A stretch of 62,579 nucleotides of DNA, filler included, from Choristocarpus tenellus KU-1152 (Eukaryota > Protista > Phaeophyceae): the NCBI GenBank assembly GCA_964200185.2. It is 12 parts of 12 records of this genome, joined end to end, with 100 filler letters (N's around TTAATTAATTAA, not from the genome) between each part and the next. Parts side by side here need not be neighbours in the genome. Positions count along the whole stretch, not along the records: positions 9,552 to 13,376 come from CAXNAD020017718.1; positions 13,477 to 17,772 come from CAXNAD020015237.1; positions 17,873 to 24,553 come from CAXNAD020007580.1; positions 24,654 to 28,546 come from CAXNAD020017310.1; 8 more parts are not named here. One strand, given 5' to 3'. A program made the position numbers and the translations under genes. Position 1 is the first letter of the stretch. Each line of letters begins with the position of its first letter. Positions 12,042 to 25,877 of the stretch are shown in pieces. The notes under the pieces are model-generated. The model saw only the letters and a program-made list of their open reading frames with translations. It searched no databases and had not been told where the DNA came from.

Positions 12042-12947
12042 GCAGGAATGATCATTATACCAAGGACTTCAACTACACAAAGCTCAACAGCAAGGTCAGG
12101 CGAGCACAACAGGTGAGATTCACCCTTCTAAACAACTGCTGTCATGCCTACAATGTGTATGTAATGAGAACAAATTGAACGCATAGCTATTTTTTGTAGC
12201 TCTATACCATTGCTGCACTCATCCTTGCTCCTACTGATTTCAGGCCCCAAATCCAGTTTTGACATAATAGGCACGCCCCAACCAAGTTGCAGTGGAAAAA
12301 ATAAAAGAGATTGAATTTCCCGTAACAATTCTTCGCCTCAGATCGACGAGCTAGACGTTCGCCTGCGTGAGGAACAGCAGGTCTCTAAGGAGCTTAGGGA
12401 GGCGATGACCACCTTAGAGTATAGGCTGTCAATGGCAGAGGAAGGGCAACGGCGATCACGTGATCTAGAACGATTGTTTTTCAGCCACCTCTCAGAGTCA
12501 AAGGCCCTGGTACTTCAACGAGAACATCTGCTCAAAGCAGGTGTGTGCAATATAGGAGAATGTTGGGATATATTTTTTTGAACTGAAGGTAGTTCCACAC
12601 AGCACACCACGGTATGGCTTTTTCTGCTGCACCATGTGAGATAGGTGTGGGAGAGTGAACCACACGCTTTGGGTAGAAACCTTGCTGCATAATATGGTAT
12701 GGTACGGTGGTGCATCTAGTAGTGTTACAGCACGCTCCAGAAGTTACCTCTACAGGGTGTGTAAATGCTCGCCCTATTCGCCTGTAACAGTAATGTGTGG
12801 TGTAGCACTGGCGAGTTCATCACAAAGTGGTGGTCATTCAAATTTCGAATTGACTGCGTAACTGACTTTAGAACCACCCCTTTCCCTAATTAGAGTGCCC
12901 ATTTGGGTATTTTACAGCTGAAGGATCAACCATGGTACACAGTTGAC
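12042..12947 (+). CDS. Coiled-coil protein of unknown function, 3' exons (12042-12112, 12342-12540, probably 12918-12947)
   Basis: Phase-compatible AG/GT exons encoding KLNSKVRRAQQ-IDELDVRLREEQQVSKELREAMTTLEYRLSMAEE. Confidence 0.55.
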
Positions 12948-13781
12948 GGAGTTGTGTAAGGAAATAAAGAGTCAACAGATTGACACTGCAAATCAGATAC
13001 TGCACTTCAAGGAACTTTTTCAGGACTCTCCCCTTCCAGCCCAAAGCATTTAAAAGGGTAGGAGTTTTGACCGATTCGTCTGTCCGGGGCTTGGCTTCCC
13101 ACTTTTTTTTTTATGCCCTTTTTCGGTTTTCTGTGTGAATACAGTTATCTAAAAGTTAATACAACTATGAAAGGTGTATCCGGAGCAAGAATATTGACGC
13201 TTGCTAACAAACACGATAGCCAAAATCCATCAAATCGCAACACTGGATCTGTTACCCCGAATGGACGCGGGCCTACCCTCTTAAATGCTTTGGTTCAACG
13301 AGTCAACGTAGATGAGAGGTACCCAGAGTTGCACATCAAGGATTCCGATAAAAATATGAGCCAAATTTAGCCCCCCNNNNNNNNNNNNNNNNNNNNNNNN
13401 NNNNNNNNNNNNNNNNNNNNTTAATTAATTAANNNNNNNNNNNNNNNNNNNNNNNNNNNNNNNNNNNNNNNNNNNNCCCTAAAGAAATAAAATATCCTAA
13501 ACATAAGAACACTATAAAAACATTGTAAGTGTGGACACCACTAATCTATCAGTTACTTCATCACTATCAAATATTGCACTACTGTCTTCCTCATCTTCCC
13601 ATCATATATATATATGTATGTGTGTGTGTGTGTCAAGCAACAAACATATTAGATCCATCTGAAAGGTCTGTGAAAATGTGAAGGAAACATTCGGTTCAGG
13701 AAATATTCAAAATACAATAAATACTTTGGATTATTTTACTATGTGTTCTCTACCATGCACTATTATGATACTAAATATTAC

Positions 13782-14268
13782 AAGGGATCTTTTGTAGTTG
13801 TAACCTCAATACCTTCGAGGTGGAAAGTTTTGGGCGCCTCGGCAAGGAAGCAGAATGTTTCCTGGATGAGCTGGCTACTCACATGGTAGGGGAGAGAGGA
13901 GCAGGAGGATATAGCAAGAAAGGAGTAGTTAAATCCTGGCTACGCCAAATTATCTCGGTAACTACGCAAGTGGCACTGTCTACACGTGTCATGCGTTTTA
14001 ACCTGGAATCACCAGGGAGATGGGCACGGAGGGGTTTATTGGATTATTGGGATGCCTCCCTAGCCCCTCCCCCGGGGGGACAGGTATAGGTAGATTGGAG
14101 ACACAGGAAGGCAGTAGTACAACATAGATGGTAAAGTAGCAAATAGATTGGGGTCTTTCACATTTATGACATTTTATTTCTTCAAGGCTTATTTTACTGA
14201 CAATGTGTATAGTTTCCATTGGTTTCCCCCCTGACACATCTGGAAACTGTCACAGGGCATAATAATGA
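13782..14268 (+). mobile_element. 5'-truncated copy of the RLE non-LTR retrotransposon
   Basis: Co-linear with 165-642: ESFGRLGKEAECFLDELATH..ISVTTQVALS; same 3' end gggcataataat. Confidence 0.85.
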
Positions 14269-14319
14269 AATAGGTACACTATTACCAATATTTATACATT
14301 ACTAATAGCATGTTTGCGT

Positions 14320-15345
14320 TAAATTGAATACATGATCCAAACACACAACTCTGCTTTCCACGTAACTCCCTTTTTTATGGGTCTTGAAGTGGTGTAACAG
14401 CTTGATTCAAGGTCCAACCAAAAGGTGACCTTTTGGGGGGAAAATGGGAAACAGTTAGCATACTGTGGCACCATTTTATTTGCACGACTTCATTAATACA
14501 AACAGGGGTGTAATATATGCGCGTGGCAACAATGAATATCTGATCAGGATATCATTAGCCAAAGGTTACGGTATGTGGCCGGCATAGCAGCAATCAAGCC
14601 AATGAGGTTTAAGTATATGAGATCACCATATCAGTCGGCCTAAATATGAGTGAGGTTGTGACAATCATAGTATCATCAACCTCAAGATCTGAGGGCATGG
14701 GGTCAGGAATGCAGCCACCATATATATTGGTCTCGAGTATCTTGTACAGAGGATACACAAGAAGGGGGGGGAAAGGAGGAGTTATACGCTTTACGATGCC
14801 AATAACTGCTAACTAGTGTTTGTGATCTCATAATGCTAAATGGGTGTTATATGGTGATTTTGATCAACACTCCAATGCGTGAAAAAGCAACAAGTATAAG
14901 TACGAAGTGAATAAATTCAACCCAGCAGAGACAATATTAATAGGTGGTTTGCGCCCACTTCTACTTCTTCACATTCTCATACGATTGGAAATAGTACCTC
15001 AAAGTGACGACAATATTCAAGTGTACACTAGGACAACGATGTTGGTGGCTCAGCTCTCACCACAATAATACGAGGTGAACCTATGGTTATTACGCCTTGT
15101 TGGGAGGATCATGTCACTCAAAGACAATAGAACAACTGTAACTCGCCTGAATTCTCCATCGCTTGTGAAGTGGTGAAACTTGAACCTTTGTTCTTGTCAA
15201 GGTTAGTCATTTCATTATGTGAAATTAATATATATGACGAAAAAAAACATAATGTAATGAACAGCAAACTCTAGTGCACACGAGTGGTAATGTCCCCATT
15301 GGTTTGACCGTCTCTTCACTACCACCGCCTTTGTCCACTCATGAA
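14320..15345 (-). CDS. Multi-exon gene of unknown function with very short exons (about 15282-15340, 15147-15192, 15061-15095, 14681-14740, and one starting at 14429)
   Basis: Phase-compatible exons NKGSSFTTSQAMENS-GVITIGSPRIIV-ILETNIYGGCIPDPMPSDLE-VTFWLD; requires one GC donor. Confidence 0.4.
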
Positions 15346-15939
15346 AAACGAGGAGAGCTGAGAGATAAAACAACAGTGTGCATTATTTATTTATCTGAAC
15401 GTCCACCAACATGTGCGTATAGTTGATTTTGCAACGGATTGATAAACTTCGTAAACACACAAGAGGCCAAGTTCAAGCTGAACACGAACAGGGTTGACTG
15501 AGATCTGTTCTCAACAAAAACAAGCGATGTGCATCATTTCCTACCTAGTGCAAATAATCTGCGTACTGCCTGTGGGTCGCCATTACTTATTCATGGATTT
15601 ATTCGTTTCTCGTTTACACTAGGTGCTAGTATATTACCTGTTAAGGCGTTGGTGATCCCCTGACCTGGTCCCGATAAGATACGAGTTGAAACTAGTGTCT
15701 TACAGGCCTTCGGTTACAATTCTTGATTGGCAAGCATATCTCTCATTCCACAGCAGCTTGTGTGCCATTCCAGGAAAGACATCACACCGCAAGTAGAAAC
15801 CCACAGAGCTAGTGCCTGTTACAAGTGCTACTCCTTTGTGCTCTGTGGTCAGTATCCAGCATGATTTGATCCTATACCGTCCGTTTGCATAAACAGTACA
15901 ATGTACCTACAGGTTATAAAATCATGATCTGTTCCACAA

Positions 15940-17560
15940 TTATTGGAACATGCTCCAGAAACTTACCTCAACAGGATATATAACTCCAATCCCAATACCT
16001 TTAAATGACGCTACTGAGACTAACAGTCAAGGGAGCCCAACGCACGTCTGACTAGCTGGGCAGGAGGTAATTCTCACAGTTGATGACCACATTCAGGTGC
16101 CAGCTAAAGCTTTGCTTGTCAAATTTGTTTATCAAAGGAAAGGTTAAAAGAAAGTGTCGTGTGGTGGTCATCACGATATTTCTTCTATTAGCATCACCCA
16201 CCCGATTTCTATAGATTATAAGTTGAAAGACATCTTCAAGCCGTTGTATATATACTCAAATCACAAATCGTTTCTGCAACTTCTTGGAAATCGGCATTAA
16301 TTCTGTGGGTTACCTACACGTTACAAATCTTATTCTACAACTTCCAGCAAATTGGTAGTCATTCTGTAAGGTTATCTGTGTATTACAAATCTTACTCTTC
16401 GTCTTCTAGCAAATCGGAGTTCTTCTGGTAAGAATCCTTACGCGCATATACTGCTCGCGCTTGCTACAACACGAGAAGAAATGCTCGCGCTATTCGCCTG
16501 TAACACAACTGCTGACAATCCGTCCCTTGACACTGCCGCTACAGTAGAGCCAATTATAACACTTCATATCTGAAATAGCCAGCACAACGAACCAAAGCAT
16601 TCATGGAAACGTATCGTTGTGACTTGCATCCTCAATACCTGTTTGGTATACACTACAGCAGCGTGGGTTCAATTGTCAAACCCAACCACACGTACGGTTC
16701 GTATCAAGAAAAGCCTTATAATATAGCCATTTATCCCTCAATTTTTGATCAAATACCCTAAACCGCCAATACTCTGAATGCAGATTATGCCTCGTTCAGT
16801 GAAGCTAGAGAGGGGTTATCAAGCTTTCAGTAAAGCAACTGCTCTTCGAATATACTACGTTCAATAATTATCGAGTGTCTCAATTTCTAGGCCTGTCGAC
16901 TCGATACAGATCGGCAATTTCGTTTAATATAGCAGAAATAGACAGATGTGCTCTAGCTGAAGCGGGACATCTCCTGGTACCAAGCCTGTTGATAGGATTT
17001 GTACAGAGCAAATCCCTGTACTCAAAAGCAGTGATTTGACTGCCATATTGACACTATGGAGGAGCAAGGTATCATTGAAAAAAGTGCCAGCCGTTGGGGC
17101 AGTCCTGTTACCATCTTAGGCAAATCTGACGGGTTTCTGTGCAAACTACTGGTAGGCTGCTAACTTGAATGGTGACATTTTAAAGTATTTGACGTAAGTA
17201 TTGGCTACACATCGGTTGAATAGAGATCCAAACCTGCTGTTTGACCTTTCACCCGCCCAATAACTGCCCTATATGAAGATTCCAGTCGCTGAGCTGATGT
17301 TCATAAGACTGGTTTGGTCACTTCTAGAGGCACCTATCTCTTTAAGAGGGTGCCATTTTGGATATCAAATTCTCCTGGGCAATTTCAAATAATCATGATG
17401 TCGGTAACATTTTCCAACTCTGGGCCACTTAAAGGCTTGCTCATTTACATGGATGATTTGATTACTTGTTCTCCCCATGTGGGAAGGACATTTGCACTTA
17501 CTACTAGAGCAACAGTTCAAGGAACAGGGTTAACCCTGAAAACGTCAAAAGTGATAAAAC
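15940..17560 (+). mobile_element. Degenerate Ty3/gypsy LTR retrotransposon. RT at about 16960-17550; upstream boundary uncertain
   Basis: MEEQGIIEKSASRWGSPVTILGKSDG, HKTGLVTSRGTYLFKRVPF.ISNSPGQFQ, LLIYMDDLI, GLTLK, with stops and frameshifts. Confidence 0.8.
16260..16435 (+). repeat. Three diverged tandem units of about 61 bp
   Basis: Recurrent acaaatc....tct.c..cttc...aaat.gg...ttctg. Confidence 0.65.
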
Positions 17561-17565
17561 ATATG

Positions 17566-17772
17566 TTGAGAAGCTTGGCGCACATGAGGCTCGTCGCCGG
17601 AAGCTAGCTGTTGAATTACATGGTAAAGCACACACTGAATTATTAATTGCCTGTCCATCATCACTGATGTGTGGATTGATGTTGACTTATTATATTTTAT
17701 ATACGTACGTACTCTGTATCATACCTAACCAAATATTAACGTACGTATAACCTATGTTGTATACTTGTGTCA
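17566..17772 (-). mobile_element. LTR of the same copia family as 655-3155, truncated by the contig end
   Basis: The reverse complement matches both 682-750 (ccatgtaa.tcaac..ggcgacgagcct..tgcgc.aagctt..caaca) and 3130-3153 (tga.acaa.tata.aacatag.tt). Confidence 0.7.
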
Positions 17773-19623
17773 NNNNNNNNNNNNNNNNNNNNNNNNNNNN
17801 NNNNNNNNNNNNNNNNTTAATTAATTAANNNNNNNNNNNNNNNNNNNNNNNNNNNNNNNNNNNNNNNNNNNNTAATGGTCTTTGTGGTGTTGAAATAGAT
17901 GGGGGGGGGTGCGAGGAGGGGGAAAGGGGGAATCAAATCTTGTAAGTTCTTTTACCTAAGGAGAAGAGTAAAGATGCAAGTAAAATAATAATGCAATTTT
18001 TGAGCCAGTTCTTCCGTATGGGATGAACTAAAAATCCGTAACGTTTTATTTTTTTGTGTTATGTTGTTATGCCTTGAAGCATGTGGTGAGGATAATTGAT
18101 TGCCTTGTATTGTTATTGTTACTATTATTATTATTATTATTATTATTATTGAACTGTAATGTCGCTCTGTTTTTGGTATTTGTCTTGTACTCAAATAATC
18201 ATATTGTTGATCGCCGTCTTGCTTGTTGTTGACCATACCGAATATATATATACATACATACATACATACATATATTTATATTTATATTTATGTTTATATT
18301 TATACATATACGTGTGTATTTCATAATGTCATCTCTGCTGTGGCGATATTGGGACCATGTTACAATGCTCTCTGTGGTGGATTTGACATGGGGGGTTGGA
18401 CATGGCTTGGTACTGCAGCACCTGGTGAGGCGTTAACAAAAAGGATAATAATTTGGAGGTTTGCATTTTTCTGTGTGGTGATGTGTCTGGATGGTGTAAC
18501 GCGTTTAGAGATTTTTTGTGTTTTTTTGGTTTATGTTTTTATAATGGGAGTTGTGTTATGGGTGTGAGTTAGGGTTAGGGTTGCGGTTAAATTGGCGGGG
18601 GTGTGTTTGGGTTTTTTTTTGGTGCTTAATTGTTGTTGTTTCACAAAATTCTTGCTATTGTACTTTTTGATAGTGTTGGGAGAGTCGTTGGAGTGTTGTT
18701 TGACAAGTACATACTTCTTTTGCACCTTGTGTGTTGTATTGTGTTGTATAGTGTGTGTGCAATTTTGTTGCAGTAAGGTTCCCGGGATAGATTCTCTGAT
18801 GTTTCTGGACAGGTGGTGGTGATAGATGCTTGGTCTACTGTGTGTGAGGTTTTTGATCACTAAACATGAATCTAGAGTGATACTTGTGTCCAGTCCTGTC
18901 GCTTACGTTGCCTCGACGGTACTCAATGGGTATTGTGTGTTCTATAGTAAGTGAGCTATGAAGGTCTTAAGAGGTGTTAAAAAAGGGTTAGGGTTAATAG
19001 TCGCATGGAACTATCTTTGGCTGTGGGCATGTTGGTCGATGTGTTGTGTTATGATGGGAGTCTGCCATGATATGATCTTGTGTGAAGTGTCTGCCGTATG
19101 CGTGGTGCAGGTTAGGGTTAGGGTTAGGGATAATGAATACAAAATACTCTTATTTTTGTGGGTTTTGGGATTTTGCGCTTGTGCTGGGGTTTGGGAGCAG
19201 GATTCCTTTTCTTGATGACCGGAAAAGCAGCATGAGTGTTTGGGATACCTTTTGTTAAAGGACAGGTACCTACATATGGTACTAACTGTATATTGCTGTT
19301 AGGATAATTTTTGATTTTTATGAATATCATCTTATTATTATTTCTATGATTAAATGGTATTAAAGAATCATGAGTGGAAGGGTGTCGAGGTTGGTAAAAT
19401 TGATTGGTCTATGGAAATAAAAACTCCTTAGGTACGATTATTTCAGGTAATAGAACGAATGCTTTTATTTTGGATCTTATGAATAGGTCATTGGTGACAG
19501 ATATTGTTTGACAACCAAATGCTCCCCGCATATGCTATGCACTTCAAAGGAGAGTGACATTTGTCTGAGAGGAACACAGAGTTTTAAGCACCAACTTGTG
19601 CAAGGTACATCAAAATGTACAGT

Positions 19624-19710
19624 AGAAGGTACATGGAAGGGGGTACATTAGAAGGTATATTGAAGGGTACATTAGAAGGTATATTGAAGGGTATATTAGA
19701 AGGTACATCA
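19624..19710 (+). repeat. 24-bp minisatellite, about 3.5 units
   Basis: agaaggtatattgaagggtacatt repeated. Confidence 0.85.
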
Positions 19711-20895
19711 GAGACCACATCCAAGTCCCAATTAGTAAAATGCTTGGTCTACGATGCTCTCACATAGGTCAACCAATACCCTTTCACTATGTTTGGGTTG
19801 CTTTTCCCTCAAGAGCTTTATGAGCGATCTACATCTAGACAACATTTGGTGGGATGGTGTCTTTAAAGTGGGCTGAAGTAGGATTTCAAAATGTAAACCG
19901 GTCGCAGCATGCCTTCTCCTTGTACTTCAACTTCACTGCTCTTAGTTCTCCGCAAAAAAACTGTTTTAATTCTGTAGTTTGTGTTCTTCGCATTTTTTAT
20001 TCTTTTTGTTGTGTGAAATGGTAACAGAACAATAAAAATAACCTCTTCCTGGTGTTTTCGAATTTTTGACCTCAAAGCAGTGTGGTGTTTAGGTTTAGAC
20101 ATATGCGTCTTGTATGAACTTTTTGATCTTGATCTTGTATTCACCACGAATGAGATGCCCATGTTCCATCAAATAATAATAATAATAATGGTCAATTGCA
20201 TCCATCAAACACTGATATCAAATAAGACAAGAATGATAATGGGTGCAACAAAGATAATTTTTTTTTGTGGTATTAACTGTAATGTTAAATTAGAGATCTT
20301 CTCTGATTTAAACCACATTACCTGAAAAAGAACCAGATAGGATCAAAGGTATCAGACCATCGGATATAGCCTTCCATTTATGATCTGTTTATGATCTGTT
20401 TACGATCCTGCTTAATAATTATCTGTTTCGGCCACAACCCACCTTACAACCCCCTCTCTACGTCCTCCCCTCCCAAGTTCCATTCCTGTTCATGTGAAAG
20501 CATTCCCAACAAGTAGACTCCAAACCCTCCCCCCATCTGACGAAATGGTCTTCCCAATAAATACAATGTCAGAGTGGTCTACGTGTAGGGAGTGTTGATA
20601 TCATGTGATATCATGTACATACCTCACGGTGTGGGGGGTATTGGTAATGGTTGTCGATGGAGATATAATGAGATACAATCACATTTCACTATTGGTATTG
20701 GTATTGGTAATGGTATCTGTAAAAGCCATGCTGCATTGCCCATTGAAATCCTGTCCCTAGCAGCTGTCTTTAATCTTGTAGAATACTGATTAAAAGTGTG
20801 TGCTTTGTGCTATGCTTTGATTTTGAAGTATTATATTTACATCATTTTCTACTCCGATGCTGGTTGATTGGTTGATTGGATTGTTTCTAATGCAG

Positions 20896-23800
20896 GGTGT
20901 ATCTGTTTTTGTCGTAAGCATCATATCTGTCGTTGTGTACATTCAAATCAAAACACCTGCAATTGTTGCATTTTTTATCCAGATTGCCGCATTGGCTTTC
21001 TACATCATCTTCAACAAAGAAATCGCTGACGAGATAGTCCTCAATTTCGTGGTGAGTTATTCATTTTTTTTTTCTACTGCGTTCAAAAAAATAAGATGTG
21101 TACCCGAGAAGTGTACGTCCAGAACTGTCATTTTTATTTTGTCTGTTCATTATTTTTATTTTTAGTATCATCATTACAGGTGATTTGTTCAAGGTGTATT
21201 ATGATAAAATGTATATATACTGTTTGTCATGGGAAGTGTCCATGTATTATCTTTGACCTTCAAGTGAGTGCTATCCCTGATCTCTTCCCCTCTTGAGCAT
21301 AAAACCCCTGAATCTATGTTCAAGTCATGGTGAGGCTCAAAGTATCTGGGGGGGGTGGCGGCTGTCCATTTGGGGACGATTGTTTCATGTCGTAACTTTT
21401 GGGTGCTTTGGTTGCATACGTCGGATGGATAATGCAAAAACGCTTTTCCCGATTTTGGCCCAAATGGACACCCTGGTGCAAATGCCCCCCACCCCACCCC
21501 AGATACTTTGGGTCTGAAGTTTTCGATGTTAGTTCAGTGTTTGTGTGTTTGAAGTTTACGTCAATGTTGAATTGAAGTGTGAGGGAGGAGGTATTGAAGG
21601 GGGTCAACTACTGTTAAAAATTGTTTGTTTGTTGAAATTCCACCATACCGCAGTGGTATTATTAGTGTTAATCACTTGTTTGAATTGTGAATAAGGACAG
21701 ATCTCGATCTATACTTTTGTACTATATCGTACGAGTGAATGTTATTATTATTGTTGTTATCAATATGATATCAATAATAGAATTATATGATAATGATTAC
21801 TATTATTGCGCAACACAGTTTGAATTATGCGTTCATTTGTTGAATTAAAATGACTTGGTATGCTTTCATTGATACGGATATGGATACATATGTGCTTGAA
21901 GTATACTATTAATACTGAGGAATAATCGGTGTCTCAAAATGAGAATGTACGTTTTTCTTTTTATTTGTCAAGTTTGAAGGACTATGTTGTAGGGAATAAC
22001 GCCTCTGTCATTAAGTGTCTCATCCAAACATTATTAATATCCGTAGAGCACTAGAAGAGTGGAAATAGTACACGCCTCTCTACAAGTTTGCAATTGCCCG
22101 TAGACACAAAAGGGCCTCTTCTTCTTCTACTTCTACTTCTTCTTCTACTTCTACTTCTTCTTCTACTTCTACTTCTACTTCCTCCCTTTCATCCCCGTTC
22201 TTCCCTCTGCTACCCCTAAATTGTGTCATGACTTCTTTCCCTTTCACATGCATTTTTCTTTTGTGCAGGCTCTGGAGTTCATACACAACCTGGACGAACT
22301 CTTCCTCAAGCTGTACAAGTTTAACACTAAGCGAATCAAGGTTTTGATGTATGAAATACTATATATTATTATTGCTATAATTATTATTAATAATAATTAT
22401 TATACTTAATCAAGAATCGAATTGAAGTCCAATAGGATTGCCAGAAACTTGAAACATCTAAGCAGTCATTTCGGAAGTGGTATGAAGGGGATGTGTTATT
22501 CTTATTATTAAAACTAGGTTTGATGCTATCATTTTTCTTATTACAAAGTGTGCCTTTTTTGTTCAAATTGCAGCAAAAAAAGTTGAATAGTAGAGAGGGG
22601 GGAGGGAGAAACATATGTGAGCAGTTCTTGTAATATTTTATTAATATTCATTTTATGTTGTTTCTATAACTTCAATACTACTTGTAGTGTTAACAATATC
22701 ATAGTGACACGATCGGTGTACACACATTAACTGGGTCAATATTCGCCCCCTCTGTAGTACCACCAGACTAAACTCCTTCGCGATTGCTAGTGACATGATG
22801 GGGTATACCCCCTGAAGGTCATTGAGCGTGAAGTTCATTTTGAAGGTATACCCTATCGCAGGAGACAAGTACGTCTTTTGTGTTGGACTCACTGCTGAAT
22901 TGTGCTTGTTTGTATGCGGAAGACAGTTCTACTGGTAGAGGGGCTCAAAGGATAGTCTAACAGTTTGTAACTGTACCTGTGAGCGAGACTTTTTTTTCCT
23001 ACCAGTTTTGTAAATATATGAATATATATATATACATATAATATAATATATATGTATATGGTAATATGTGGGTTGAAGTTGATAATTGTTTGTCCGTCTC
23101 TTAAGACCCCTCTCTCAAGCAAGATTATGCTGCAGGATTGTATACAGCGAGATATTCCCATAAGCAGGAAGGAGTTGATGGAGAGCATACAATCTGCGTT
23201 GTTCTGTTTGAAGGGCTCCTCTCATGAAACAAGTTCGTGTTGAAAGTTCTTGTACGATGGAGTTATCTTGATTATCTCGTGGCCGCATTTGACTTTGATT
23301 GCCATGATATGGGTTCATTCTGGTGTTGAGGGAAATGGCTGTATTGCTTGTGGAGTTTGTGCAGACTAGACTGGAGGACTGTTTTATGACTATTGATGTA
23401 TTTTGATGAGGTTATTAGGAGGACAAACAACAGGAACACTTTCCTTCTCCTCTTTTCAAGTGTGTTGTTGTGACATGGTCGGAAATAATGCCTCTTATCA
23501 TGCTATCAAAAGTCTTTGTCTCTTTGTACTGTTGTTTTTTGTGAGATTATATTATTTTTGTATGTATATATGTATGTATGTAGGGTCTTGCACTACTGCC
23601 ATTGCATATATTCATTTTTTACATATTACTGTATATGATTTGTTTTATTACAATTGATCAAAACCAACACAAGTGGAGGTGTTCTGATAAGTCTGTTTTC
23701 TGAGAAGTTTGTGTTTGGTTTCAAATTTGATCTGTTTCTCCCAGGTGTGCATCCCGTCCTTTTCACCAAGAAAATGCAACTACTTCAGAGTATAACGATC

Positions 23801-24448
23801 AACAATAAATGCTCTTACTAATATTTTGTTTTAAATTTTCACTGCACTAAATTGATATATATTTGGTTTTAGTCAACCAGTTTCATTGATCTTCTCTTGA
23901 TCACCCCACCCCCTATCCTATTACTCTACCCCTCACTCATTGCCACCATATATGCATCATTGCTATCTCGTACCATGCACCAAATATTTGACACCCTTCC
24001 CTTAGAACATAGGACGCTAGCAAAACCCCTTGAATTTTTCCCCACCTTCTTTCTCCTGTGATTGAGGAGCTCCAATTGTCGCACCTCCTCTTGCCTTTTG
24101 TTAGTAATTTAATGTGTAGTGTTACAATAGTCTACTGTATTACAATCTGGTCTGTATATTGCAGTATAATTTGATGTACTGTATACCAAATATAATACTG
24201 TAAATATTATCAATATACTGTAATATCTCTTGTTTGTGTGTGATTCAATATCGGTTTTATTATATGTTTATTTTTCCGTTGGTTGACTGGTCAGGCAAGT
24301 ATTATTCTTAATTCCAGAGCCTACAGAGACGTCACTGAAGTAGAGTTCCACATTAATGAGATGGACTGTCATGAGAAGTTTGGATACTATAGTGCCCGGT
24401 GGGGAATTATCTTCTCAGCCTGCCTGGTTATCATCATGCCCCTCTTTT
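20896..24448 (+). CDS. Uncharacterised multi-pass membrane protein, internal exons 20896-21051, 22269-22340, 24295-24448
   Basis: Canonical phase-0 junctions; hydrophobic helices; the motif DEIVLNFV-ALEFIHNLDE spans a splice junction. Confidence 0.7.
21334..21514. mobile_element. MITE family A, complete 181-bp copy with TGA target-site duplication
   Basis: tga-GGCTCAAAGTATCTGGGGG ... CCCCAGATACTTTGGGTC-tga; inner inverted motif tgtccatttggg / cccaaatggaca. Confidence 0.9.
22116..22182 (+). repeat. Compound (TTC/TTCTAC)n simple repeat in an intron
   Basis: ttcttcttctacttctac repeated. Confidence 0.9.
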
Positions 24449-25877
24449 GTGAGTGTTTAGTGCCTGCTATCCCTCCCCCCTTCCCCCCCTCCTACCCACA
24501 CATCTCATTTGTGGGTATCTTGGTCAAAGGTGACGTTGGGTCAGGAGTCTTCTNNNNNNNNNNNNNNNNNNNNNNNNNNNNNNNNNNNNNNNNNNNNTTA
24601 ATTAATTAANNNNNNNNNNNNNNNNNNNNNNNNNNNNNNNNNNNNNNNNNNNNGGGGGTGGTTAGAAAGCAAGACCGGTCTAGGTGGGTTGGCTTTGGAA
24701 CACTGATTTTTTGTTGGTTTTTTTGGCCGTTCCCCCCCCCCCCCCCCCCCCCCCCTCCATTCACCACTTTGCCAGTCAGAGATCCTGGTGGTACTTTTTG
24801 TTGGCATGCTTAATCCCATCGTTGAATGTCCCTCTCCTCTCTGTATTAGATTACATGTATGTGGTGGATTCACTGTGGGTTATTAAATGTTGTAGGGTGG
24901 GGATGGAATGGTCCCCTTGCCCCAGATATAATGGTAGTCATTCTCTTGGCCTGTGGGGTATAGGTGGGGCTCGTGGAAGGTACAACTATCACAGCTGTGT
25001 AGTGTTTTGCTGTTGTTAGCAATGTAGGTGTATGATTGTAGTAGGTTGGTGGGTAAGTTCCCATTTTTTGATGTATCTGTAGTGGCTCAATGCTTGTGGT
25101 GTTATGCTGTGTGGCAGCCTTTCATTATCCTTTTTCTGATGGAAAACCTTTTTGGGGCGAGGGAAAGTGTTCTGTAATTTGATAGCTGAAGGAGGTAGAG
25201 AGGGGAGAGAGAGAGAGAGAGAATGTTGAGACCTGACGTCAAACTCCCAGTAGTATTTATTGAAAAATGCAAAGAAAATTGTATTTATGTAGGTTACCTC
25301 GTTTTTAATTTTCAGGGGGAGGGGGGGGGGAGGGGATGAGGGATTTTGTGGACCCATCTATGGTAAGGGAGGTTTTCAAAAGGAAAGTCTTGCTGGCAGG
25401 TGGTAATATGGAATTAATACTATCACACCACTGGCTGTATATATATATATATTCCTTATCATATTAACCTTTTTATAGTTACTTGCTTGTGGGAAAAAAG
25501 TATTTGGCACCCAATGACTTCCTATTATATTCTGGACCTGCAGCATGTTATTTATTTTTATTTTTTCCTCCCTGCTTGAGTACGTAATAATGAATCAATG
25601 TTTTAGAACAATACTTTTTTCCCCTCTTCTTGTGTGTATCACTCTGTTCTTGATGAAATATTGCCTTCATGTTCTTTTTTGTAATCTTTTTAGATAACAC
25701 TGATCTATGTATGTTGGAGTATAATGTATATGCAACGTCTATGTTGACTGAGTTGAAGTACTCTCTGAGAATCTGTCTGTTTCCTTGTTATTCTTATGCC
25801 TGATAAGTCTGTGGGTGCCCCCCCCCACCCTTTTCCCCCTTTTCACTTCACATTGTCTTTTTTCTTTTTGTACACAG

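Noticed and set aside
17952-19330. Hydrophobic or Cys-rich ORFs
   Set aside because: Products of TG/TA-rich low-complexity DNA and microsatellites, with no splice or motif support
22650-23400. Possible LINE remnant in the membrane-protein intron
   Set aside because: Looks like decayed coding DNA, but I could not identify any diagnostic motif
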